From Clostridiaceae bacterium (GTDB lineage: Bacteria > Bacillota > Clostridia > DSM-8532), in the NCBI GenBank assembly GCA_012516065.1, contig JAAYXD010000144.1, forward strand, positions 4,577 to 28,576: a stretch of DNA of 24,000 nt. The letters are read 5' to 3'. Every line of letters begins with the position of its first letter. Within the stretch, counting starts at the first letter, position 1. The notes beneath the pieces are model-generated. The model did no database searches and was not told the origin of the DNA. It worked only from the letters and a program-made list of their open reading frames with translations. A program made the position numbers and the translations under genes. Positions 16,304-23,618 of the stretch are shown here, in pieces.

Positions 16304-17365
16304 TTATAAACCCAGGTTGATGTCGACCTCGACATAAGCATTCTTTGTGAAAGTATCAGGATCCGTCTTTAAATATCCAATTTGGTTCAATTGTTCGGCA
16401 AAATAGTAAACATTGTCTCGAACCTGTGTTTTATTTTTTTCCCGTTCGGCATAAGAAGGGTATTGATAGCTCTTGATAAGCTTAATGGCTAATTCTCTGT
16501 CTTCAATCTGCGCGTATTTACCATTTATTATAATGTCGACGGCTTCTTCCGGGTTTTCCGAAATCCAGTTTTGGGCTGCCCTATATGCACGCAGCAATGC
16601 GGCAACCTGTTCTGGTTTTTCGTCAAGCAGCTTTTCCGAAGCATAAAGGAAACAGCAGTATTTTCCGGCAAAAGGTTCATCCTTGGAAATATCAAGAATT
16701 ACACGGTAATTTCCCGTTTTTTCCTGAACAGAGCCGAAGGGATCCCACAGTGCCGCAACATCAACCTCTCCTTTTCTCAGGGCTTCCACTGCCAGATTTC
16801 CGTCGGAGAAGGGAAGGAACGTAACTTCTCCGTCCTCCTGCTTTGCGGAAATTCCGTTTTTCTCCAGCCACACCGATGCTACCTGATGGGGAGTGCCGCC
16901 TATTTCATCAACGCTGATCTTTTTTCCCCTAAGGTCTTGAACTCCTTGAATCGGTGAATCCTTCGGAACAATCAGTTTTATGCATCCATAGTGGAGACCG
17001 TCCACCACCTTTACCTTCACATTGTTTTCAATAGAGGGAAAGAACTGAAAGTCCCCGTTGACAATCGGGATGGTACCGTTGTTCAAACCGATTTTACGGG
17101 TTTCGGTATCTGCCGATATAAGGTTGACATCAAAGCCCTCTTGCTTGAAAAAGCCCTTTTCATATGCAATATAGATAGGTGCACCGCAAAGTGAACCGTC
17201 TTTACCGGGAATATCAATTTTTCCGTATTTGTATTCTGCTGAAGATGTCCCCGTTTTCCCGTTGTCCTGGGTACCTCCCGTATTCGTCCTGCCACATCCG
17301 GAAAACAAGCCTATAAAAATGGAAAACAGAGCGACTGCACTGATCAATTTTATAAAACCTTTCAT
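16304..17365 (-). CDS. ABC transporter substrate-binding lipoprotein, NMT1/SsuA/TauA-like (NitT/TauT family)
   Basis: The signal peptide carries the lipobox 'LFSGCG'. The periplasmic-binding fold region resembles the aliphatic-sulfonate/NMT1 type. I trimmed the ORF to the ATG at 17365, downstream of GGGGTG. It starts 24 nt after the metY-like stop. Confidence 0.82.
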   Translation of the reverse strand: MKGFIKLISAVALFSIFIGLFSGCGRTNTGGTQDNGKTGTSSAEYKYGKIDIPGKDGSLCGAPIYIAYEKGFFKQEGFDVNLISADTETRKIGLNNGTIPIVNGDFQFFPSIENNVKVKVVDGLHYGCIKLIVPKDSPIQGVQDLRGKKISVDEIGGTPHQVASVWLEKNGISAKQEDGEVTFLPFSDGNLAVEALRKGEVDVAALWDPFGSVQEKTGNYRVILDISKDEPFAGKYCCFLYASEKLLDEKPEQVAALLRAYRAAQNWISENPEEAVDIIINGKYAQIEDRELAIKLIKSYQYPSYAEREKNKTQVRDNVYYFAEQLNQIGYLKTDPDTFTKNAYVEVDINLGL

Positions 17366-17389
17366 GATAAAACACACCCCTTTACGAAA

Positions 17390-18706
17390 TTATATATATG
17401 CCTTTTCAAACGCCTGTTCCAAATCAGCTATTAAATCTGCCGGATCTTCCAGTCCTGCCGATATGCGAATTAAGTTTTCCGGAATATCGGCAAATTTTTT
17501 CTCATCAGGCTCCAGTTCACTATGGGTGGTTTGCGGAGAATTTACAATCAGGCTGCGGGCATCCCCAATATTGACATGATAATGAAAGAGTTTCACTGAG
17601 TTCAAGAAAGTTTCCCTTTGAGCCGTTGTCCCTTTGAAACCGAATGACAGGATTCCTCCCGCTCCTTTTGGGAAATCCCTTTGTGCCAGCTCATAATAGG
17701 GGCTATCCTTCAAACCGGGGTAACGAACCCATTCCACCGACTTGTGGGATTTTAGGTATTCCGCCAGGATACTGGCATTACGCACTTGTTTTTCAACGCG
17801 CTCAGACAGGGTTTCCAATCCGATTAAAACAAGGTAGGCATCAAAAGGCGATAATGCCGCTCCAAAGTAGTTGAGATAGTTAAAGCGTATCCTGCCGGTA
17901 AACGGAGCCTCCGGAAATACTTCAAGAAAACTGCGGTAGTTATCGTTAATGTCCCGCAGGGTATAATACTTTTCCGAAAACTGAGGGAATTTATCGCTCT
18001 GCCAGTTGAATTTACCGCTTTCCAGCACCAGTCCGGCAATAACGTTTCCGTGTCCCGTCAATCCTTTGGTCGCAGAGTAGACCACAATGTCGGCCCCATG
18101 GGAAATAGGGTTATACAAGTACGGCGTTGCAACTGTATTGTCTACAATCAGAGGTATGCCATGTTCATGGGCGACTTTCGCAATCGCATCAATGTCCAAA
18201 AGAGCGGCATTGGGATTGCTGATGCTTTCCACATAGATTGCTTTGGTATCGGGCTTAATTTCTTCCGAAAGCTTTTCAGGATTTTCTATATTTTTAGCAA
18301 AATCGAAGGTTATACCAAATTTAGGATAAACTTTTTTAAAACTGTCCGCACTGCCGCCATAGAGATAGGGAGAAGTCAAAATACGACCTCCGCCCTCTGC
18401 AACATTGAGCAGAGTATAACTGATAGCTGCCATGCCGGAAGCCAGTGCCACTGCACCGCTGGCTCCGTCAAGGGCCGCTACCCGTTGCTCCAGTACAGCA
18501 ACCGTAGGATTTCCAATGCGGGTATAAAGGTTTCCCAATTCGCGAAGTCCAAATAAAGCTTTTGCATGCTCTACATCGCGAAAGTCAAAGGAAGTGGTCT
18601 GATAAATGGGCGGCGATACGGCATAGTTATGCTCCTTTGGATCATAGCCTGCCCGCAGTCTTTGAGTATCAAACCGATATGCAGTTTTTTCTAATTCGTT
18701 TGCCAT
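17390..18706 (-). CDS. metY: O-acetylhomoserine sulfhydrylase / aminocarboxypropyltransferase (Cys/Met-metabolism PLP enzyme)
   Basis: It belongs to the Cys_Met_Meta_PP family. Supporting motifs are 'YTRIGNPT', 'ASGMAAI', 'VDNTVATPYL' and the PLP-lysine context 'YSATKGLTGHG'. I trimmed the ORF to the ATG at 18706, which has AGGAGGAG 7 nt upstream. Confidence 0.9.
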   Translation of the reverse strand: MANELEKTAYRFDTQRLRAGYDPKEHNYAVSPPIYQTTSFDFRDVEHAKALFGLRELGNLYTRIGNPTVAVLEQRVAALDGASGAVALASGMAAISYTLLNVAEGGGRILTSPYLYGGSADSFKKVYPKFGITFDFAKNIENPEKLSEEIKPDTKAIYVESISNPNAALLDIDAIAKVAHEHGIPLIVDNTVATPYLYNPISHGADIVVYSATKGLTGHGNVIAGLVLESGKFNWQSDKFPQFSEKYYTLRDINDNYRSFLEVFPEAPFTGRIRFNYLNYFGAALSPFDAYLVLIGLETLSERVEKQVRNASILAEYLKSHKSVEWVRYPGLKDSPYYELAQRDFPKGAGGILSFGFKGTTAQRETFLNSVKLFHYHVNIGDARSLIVNSPQTTHSELEPDEKKFADIPENLIRISAGLEDPADLIADLEQAFEKAYI

Positions 18707-18780
18707 GTTAAATCTCCTCCTATAAATAAATTTGAAAGTATACATCGGGGCATTTCCGTCATGTCACAGTCACTACACAT
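18691..18780 (-). CDS. 29-codon upstream ORF MCSDCDMTEMPRCILSNLFIGGDLTWQTN (candidate Cys/Met-sensing leader peptide or Cys-rich micro-protein)
   Basis: It is below the ORF-track size cutoff and was found by hand translation of the minus strand. The ATG at 18780 has AGGAGGTG 7 nt upstream, one of the best SDs in the window. Three Cys and three Met (including the initiator) fall in the first 13 codons. The ORF reads across the metY SD and ends in a TAG 16 nt inside metY, in a different frame. Confidence 0.45.
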   Translation of the reverse strand: MCSDCDMTEMPRCILSNLFIGGDLTWQTN

Positions 18781-18860
18781 ATCAAACCACCTCCTAAAGG
18801 ATTGATAAATATACAGCTTTATTTCATCAAGTTACACTTGCTGCTGCCAATTTTTTATTT

Positions 18861-18908
18861 TTTTCAATCATGTAAACTTCTCTCTGTTCATCTGTTTTCA
18901 ATCATGTT
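18861..18908. repeat. Direct repeat TTTTCAATCATGT x2 with 35-nt periodicity in the nifB-like/metY spacer
   Basis: There are perfect 13-mers at 18861-18873 and 18896-18908. Extended to 17 nt they differ at two positions (TTTTCAATCATGTAAAC versus TTTTCAATCATGTTTAC). They lie in the only long non-coding gap (232 nt) of the cluster. Confidence 0.85.
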
Positions 18909-18977
18909 TACTTTCAACCTGCACAATATATAGGGCAATATCATTAACAAACTCTTAAGCTTTCAATTGCGCAACTT

Positions 18978-19853
18978 TTAGCCATGGGAAAAGGTATTTT
19001 CCAATTTTACAGGCCTAATATATAAACTTGAGGATATATCCTTACCGCCTGGAATTCCGGCAGCATCTGCTCTACAACGCTGGCAATGCCGGAATACATT
19101 GATATAGGCCTGGGCTTCTGACCTCACTTTGCTGATGAGATCACATCCCGGTGTGCTGCACCAGCTAAGCTTGTGCTGGGGAATCAGCGGAATAATGTTA
19201 TAGATTTTTGCTCCGTGCTGTGCAACAGTCTTTGCCACTTCCACCACATGATCCGCGTTGATCTCCGGGATTAACACTGTATTTACTTTTACGGTTATTC
19301 CTGATTGGGATACTTTCTTAATTCCGGCAAGTTGATTTTGAATAAGAATTTTTGCGGCTTCAATTCCTGTATAGCGCTTACCATGATAGACAATACCCTC
19401 GCAAATCTGTGCCTGTATTTCCGGGTCAACTGCATTGACGGTAACAGTCAGGCTGTCAATGCCCACATCAATAATCTCATCAGCGTATTCCGGCAGAAGA
19501 AGGCCGTTGGTGCTCATGCATTTTATAATATGAGGGAATTCCTGCTTGATAAGGCGAAAGGTCTGCAGTGCATAAGGTGTTGCCAGGGTATCACCCGGTC
19601 CGGCCACTCCCGCTACAGTAATATCGGGGCAAAGTTCCACCGCTCTTCTCACTGCATCTACAGCTTCCTGTGGTGTGATTATTCCGCTTGCAACCCCGGG
19701 ACGGTTATCCGTATCGTTGATGTCACGCTTGCAAAAATTGCAGGCAATATTGCACCCGTAAGATACCGGCAAATGAACACGACCCTTATTGTTTTTAGCT
19801 CCCGCCGCAAAACAGGGATGATTTTTTTTCAGATCTTCATATGTAAATGCCAT
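18978..19853 (-). CDS. NifB-like radical SAM protein (core domain only)
   Basis: 291 aa. 'RVHLPVSYGCNIACNFCKRD' carries the CxxxCxxC cluster in a NifB-like context. 'GPGDTLA' and the C-terminal 'CQRCRADAAG' resemble the NifB 'CRQCRADA' motif. SD AAGGAGGAA lies upstream of the ATG at 19853. Confidence 0.86.
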   Translation of the reverse strand: MAFTYEDLKKNHPCFAAGAKNNKGRVHLPVSYGCNIACNFCKRDINDTDNRPGVASGIITPQEAVDAVRRAVELCPDITVAGVAGPGDTLATPYALQTFRLIKQEFPHIIKCMSTNGLLLPEYADEIIDVGIDSLTVTVNAVDPEIQAQICEGIVYHGKRYTGIEAAKILIQNQLAGIKKVSQSGITVKVNTVLIPEINADHVVEVAKTVAQHGAKIYNIIPLIPQHKLSWCSTPGCDLISKVRSEAQAYINVFRHCQRCRADAAGIPGGKDISSSLYIRPVKLENTFSHG

Positions 19854-19865
19854 AAAACTTCCTCC

Positions 19866-20201
19866 TTAACCGCCTTCTTCATGCAAGCGGCCACCGACCA
19901 GTTGGGCAAGGATCTCTTCCACTTCACCGGTTGCTTCAAAGACTCTTTTGCCTTTGGCTATCATAACAGCTGCCGCAGCCTGACCTATTTTCAAAACAAA
20001 TATTGCATCACAGTCCTCCAACACTGAAAGAAGATGGTCAAATCCGCCTTCGCAATGACCCTGACATTTGGCGGCCGTTTTTCGGGTCTCCACAAAACGC
20101 GCCTCTTTATCCACATCATATATCTGCCAGTATCTGGCCGAGCCAAAGTGTTGATCAATAACAGTGCCGTCAATACTGGCAAATCCAATACGGTAACTCA
20201 T
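19866..20201 (-). CDS. NifX/NafY/NifB-C-terminal-domain protein (dinitrogenase Fe-Mo cofactor biosynthesis domain)
   Basis: 111 aa after trimming to the ATG at 20201, which has AAGGAGGG 7 nt upstream. 'IDQHFGSARYWQIYDV' matches the HFG-type motif of this small cofactor-binding fold. It sits directly upstream of the NifB-like gene, like a split NifB. Confidence 0.78.
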   Translation of the reverse strand: MSYRIGFASIDGTVIDQHFGSARYWQIYDVDKEARFVETRKTAAKCQGHCEGGFDHLLSVLEDCDAIFVLKIGQAAAAVMIAKGKRVFEATGEVEEILAQLVGGRLHEEGG

Positions 20202-20214
20202 ACGGTCGCCCTCC

Positions 20215-21558
20215 TTATGCATAGGTTGAAAGAACCGTCTGGTAGATGTCCTCTATAACCCGAAGCCCTCCTGTAAATCCTGCGTAATTGGTTGTCAAGA
20301 CCAACCGGTAGGGAGAAGGTAAAGCAGCTGAAAGGAAATCATAGCCTTTTTCTTTTGCCAGTTCCTTATCCCATCCTGAACCGATGATGAGGCCCCTTCC
20401 TTTATGATGGATTCCCCTAAGAATCTCCTGCGCCTTTCCCGCATCGGGCTCAAAATAAAGCGGAATTTCCTTTTTATCGCTGGTGCTTTTCAAATCGGCG
20501 CGAATGGCTTCATGGAATTTTTCCGGTGTAGCATCGGTAATAAATTGTTCCTTTGGTACAATTCCCACCTCGTGCAGCAAAAACTTAGACAGTGCGACGA
20601 CATATCCCGCGTCATGAAGGATATGGGCATGGTTGGGAAGACCGTAGCGAAACTCCAAAAGGAAGGTGGCAAGGTTATCAATCTCCTCATAGTAGGCATG
20701 GGACTCGTGACGGATAAACTCCTGGGCTGATTCTTTGTCAATATCTGCTCCTTGTTCGATGGCAAATTCCACAACTTGATTAAGGAACGCCTCGGTTTGA
20801 TTGGCACCTATGGGAATGTGATGAAACCATGTATATTCCTGCCCGTATTTGGATTTGAGGTGATCCGCAATGGGTTTTCCGTACCATGGGGAAACTAAAA
20901 TATTGAAAAGTGCTGTAGGTATGGACTGCCACTCTTTTACACCTCCCGACTGGGGTCCGAATAAAACATTGGCTTTAAGCCCAATACCGGCAAGCAGACG
21001 CTTGTATTCGGCCAGATTACCCTTCCAAAACGGATCCTGATACGGAATGGAGGCTATAAGATTCACTGTGTTTTTTTGCGATTTTGGCTTATTCTCATCT
21101 TCAAACCGGCTTACATATTGATCTATAATGGCATTAACCACAAGGCTGTGAGCTTCAAAGTTGGTGGCCTTAAATCCTGCAGTTTCCACGGATACAATCG
21201 GCTTACCCTTTTGGGCAAATTCAGAAACAAGGCTGTCCACATCGTCTCCGACAATACCGGCGGTGCAGCCGGTCAGAACCACCTGCAAATCCGTATCCAA
21301 TACTTTGTAGGTGTTTTCTATAATATCCCTCAGCCGGTTGATTCCGCCAAACACAACTTCTTTTTCTGTAAAGTTTGTGCAGGGAGATGTGGAACCGCCG
21401 GCGTATCCCGTTGACCGTTCAAAAAATCCGGCAATCATCTCGCCGCAGCCGGGACCGGAATGAAGAATCGGCACGGCCCGCGGAATAGCCACCACGGTTT
21501 GCAAAGCACCGATTGCACAGGTAAAACGTTCTTGTTCAATCAATCCGGATCTACTCAT
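20215..21558 (-). CDS. Nitrogenase component-1 beta-like subunit (NifK/NifN-like)
   Basis: 447 aa. The contexts 'FTCAIGALQ', 'ILHSGPGCGEM' and 'VLTGCTAGIVGDDVDS' correspond to the three P-cluster Cys contexts of NifK as I recall them. An ATGA overlap joins it to the alpha-like gene. Confidence 0.85.
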   Translation of the reverse strand: MSRSGLIEQERFTCAIGALQTVVAIPRAVPILHSGPGCGEMIAGFFERSTGYAGGSTSPCTNFTEKEVVFGGINRLRDIIENTYKVLDTDLQVVLTGCTAGIVGDDVDSLVSEFAQKGKPIVSVETAGFKATNFEAHSLVVNAIIDQYVSRFEDENKPKSQKNTVNLIASIPYQDPFWKGNLAEYKRLLAGIGLKANVLFGPQSGGVKEWQSIPTALFNILVSPWYGKPIADHLKSKYGQEYTWFHHIPIGANQTEAFLNQVVEFAIEQGADIDKESAQEFIRHESHAYYEEIDNLATFLLEFRYGLPNHAHILHDAGYVVALSKFLLHEVGIVPKEQFITDATPEKFHEAIRADLKSTSDKKEIPLYFEPDAGKAQEILRGIHHKGRGLIIGSGWDKELAKEKGYDFLSAALPSPYRLVLTTNYAGFTGGLRVIEDIYQTVLSTYA

Positions 21559-23030
21559 TTACCGGTACCTCCTTTCAGGAAATAATACGGCGGCTGCTCA
21601 AGCCACCATTTGGTGTATGGATTGATGGCATGCTTTTCGAGGTTTTTTACAAATTCATCGTTTTCAATAACTTCTAAAATACGCTCACCGTAATTGACCA
21701 GACCTTCATAACCCATGGAGTAATGTTCATCGCCAATTAAAAGTGACGGAATGCCCAGTTTTGCTCCCCAGAGAGTCATGCCGCCATGCCGGGCCAGCAA
21801 TACATCGGGACGGAGGCGGTTTAAGGCATTGACCAGCTCAAACTCCTGCTTGTTGCAAACATTGTAGTTAAAAACATTTCCATAATCGGCTACGCGCTGA
21901 GCCAGTTGGTCGTTTTCCTCACGTCCGCTGTCATAGATGGGGTCGTGATGGAAAATCGCTGCACCGACTGCTTTAATGCCAAGCTCTCCCAGTACATCCA
22001 GCAACGCATGGCCATGGGCAGCACCTGCTGTTACATAAGCCGTTTTTCCGGCCAATTTTTCCCGTAGAGCTTCAATTTTGGGCAGATACTCTTTCTTTTT
22101 TTCCGCAATGATTTTTTCAGCAATTTCTTCTTTGCCGAGGATCTTTCCCAACGCCCTGAACCATCTATCCGTTTGTGCAATACCGTAGGGTGGGGCGGCA
22201 GGAATTTCGGGAACACCAAAATCCTGTTCCAGCACTGCTCCCAGGTAGCTTCCCAGCGTGGAGCAAGCCTGGACGGTGGCAGCGGCCTCGCTGGCATATT
22301 TTAATCCGTTCACTGTAGAAAAAGGGATTATGTAATTGGGTTTTGCTCCAAAGGGAGCAAACCATTCGTAAAACACATCGCTGCCCCAGAAATTGATTAC
22401 ATTGATCATGTCATCCCGCCGCCTCCGGGGTTTTTGAATCAGCTTGCGTGCAATGCCGTGGTAAGCAGCGTCAAAACCTGTGGTCCATACTTTGGAACGA
22501 AAACCTTCGCAAAAGATGGCTACCACCGGTATTCCCAACTCTTCCTCGGCTTCGTTGCAAACGCTTTCCACATCATCGCCGATAATTCCGGCAGCGCATG
22601 TGGTCAATACAAAAATAGCGTTGGCATGCGTTCTCTCATATACCTCTCGAATGGTATTGGCAAGCTTTATATTTCCTCCGTAAACTGTATCCTTTTCCTT
22701 TAGATTGGTGGAAAAGATACGGCGTGGTGTGGGACGTTCAATACCGCGCAAAGGATAATTCACCCGATAGGTAAAGGCAAATTCATGCAGACAGGAAGCA
22801 CAGCCCACCGGTCCATGGCTGATGACTGCAGCGTCCTGAATTAACACAGTCATACAGGCCGCTTTTGAGGTAGCACAGCCCAGGCATTGGCTAAAGGAAC
22901 GTTCTTTATCCTTCAGACCGAATTCGCGGGCTTCTACCAGTTCCTTAGCATCTCCCTGATAACCCGTTATTGAATTAATACGAATTTCCCTTATCTGTAC
23001 TTCCGGAAGGGATAAATTTATTTTTGACAT
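21555..23030 (-). CDS. Nitrogenase component-1 alpha-like subunit (NifD/NifE-like)
   Basis: 491 aa. 'CLGCATSKAACMTV', 'VISHGPVGCASC' and 'VLTTCAAGIIGDDVESV' match NifD P-cluster Cys contexts. 'VQACSTLGSYLGAVLEQDFGVPE' aligns by eye with the NifD '[22 protein letters not shown]' cofactor-Cys region. 'KLGIPSLLIGDEHYSMGYEG' resembles the cofactor-His region. GGAGTG lies 7 nt upstream of the ATG at 23030. Confidence 0.85.
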   Translation of the reverse strand: MSKINLSLPEVQIREIRINSITGYQGDAKELVEAREFGLKDKERSFSQCLGCATSKAACMTVLIQDAAVISHGPVGCASCLHEFAFTYRVNYPLRGIERPTPRRIFSTNLKEKDTVYGGNIKLANTIREVYERTHANAIFVLTTCAAGIIGDDVESVCNEAEEELGIPVVAIFCEGFRSKVWTTGFDAAYHGIARKLIQKPRRRRDDMINVINFWGSDVFYEWFAPFGAKPNYIIPFSTVNGLKYASEAAATVQACSTLGSYLGAVLEQDFGVPEIPAAPPYGIAQTDRWFRALGKILGKEEIAEKIIAEKKKEYLPKIEALREKLAGKTAYVTAGAAHGHALLDVLGELGIKAVGAAIFHHDPIYDSGREENDQLAQRVADYGNVFNYNVCNKQEFELVNALNRLRPDVLLARHGGMTLWGAKLGIPSLLIGDEHYSMGYEGLVNYGERILEVIENDEFVKNLEKHAINPYTKWWLEQPPYYFLKGGTGK

Positions 23031-23514
23031 TTGTCATCACTCCGTTCGCTAAAGATTCCAAACTTTTTTCACTCATTCGATATGTACGCCGGTCTAAAAG
23101 GGGAACTGCCCCCAGATGCTTATAAAACCTTGAGCCGCTTTTATTGTCCTCAAGTACATACCAGTCAAGACGTTTCGCATCCATTTGCAAAGCTTTCTTT
23201 GCAAGCTGTTTCATAAGTGCTTTACCAATACCCTTACCTCGATATTCTTCTTTCACAAACAGGTCTTCTAAAAAGAGGTTTTGCCGTCCGGAGAAGGTGG
23301 AATATACGGGATAAAACAGTGCAAAGGCTGCGGGATTACCGTCAATTTCAGCTATTAAAACATTTGCCTGTCTTTTTTGAAAAAGGGATTCCCGAAGCTC
23401 TGCTTCAGTCGTTGTAACCTCTTTGCCCATCCCCTCAAATTCTGCAAGTTCTTTAATAAACGAAAGCACCAATGCACTGTCAGATATATCCGCTTCTCTA
23501 ATATGTAAGTCCAT
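22975..23514 (-). CDS. GNAT N-acetyltransferase, spermidine/spermine (SSAT)/diamine acetyltransferase-like
   Basis: 179 aa after trimming to the ATG at 23514, which has GGGGTGG 5 nt upstream. It runs colinear with my recollection of human SSAT. The matching pairs are 'FIKELAEFEGM' versus 'LIKELAKYEYM', 'LFLEDLFVKEEYRGKGIGKAL' versus '[21 protein letters not shown]', and 'SRFYKHLGA' versus 'INFYKRRGA'. The 3' end overlaps the NifD-like start by 56 nt. Confidence 0.85.
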   Translation of the reverse strand: MDLHIREADISDSALVLSFIKELAEFEGMGKEVTTTEAELRESLFQKRQANVLIAEIDGNPAAFALFYPVYSTFSGRQNLFLEDLFVKEEYRGKGIGKALMKQLAKKALQMDAKRLDWYVLEDNKSGSRFYKHLGAVPLLDRRTYRMSEKSLESLANGVMTNVKNKFIPSGSTDKGNSY

Positions 23515-23562
23515 AAAAACCACCCCTTTTGTATTAAACATATATGATTAGTATGTTTTAAA

Positions 23563-23591
23563 ATATTACACTTTTCTATATACAATGTCAA
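23563..23591 (-). promoter_or_regulatory. Sigma-A-type promoter candidate for the GNAT/nitrogenase-like operon
   Basis: On the minus strand, TTGACA (23591-23586) is followed by a 17-nt spacer and TAATAT (23568-23563). It lies about 45 nt upstream of the GNAT start. A 7-bp inverted repeat, AAACATA-N9-TATGTTT (23536-23558), lies between the -10 element and the SD. Confidence 0.55.
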
Positions 23592-23618
23592 GCATTTTTT
23601 ATTAAACTTATATGAATG

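Noticed and set aside
18746-18977. Expected SAM (S-box) riboswitch or T-box leader upstream of metY
   Set aside because: The spacer is AT-rich and lacks the G+C-paired helices of an S-box. It has no T-box sequence (…GGTGGTACCGCG-like) or terminator/antiterminator pair. An Infernal scan is still needed to be sure.
19305-20027. 240-aa + strand ORF, together with other long antisense ORFs (e.g. 6766-7245, 10222-10737, 13715-14185, 18050-18556)
   Set aside because: All lie entirely antisense to genes with clear family motifs. They have no motifs or SDs of their own and behave as shadow ORFs of the real minus-strand genes.
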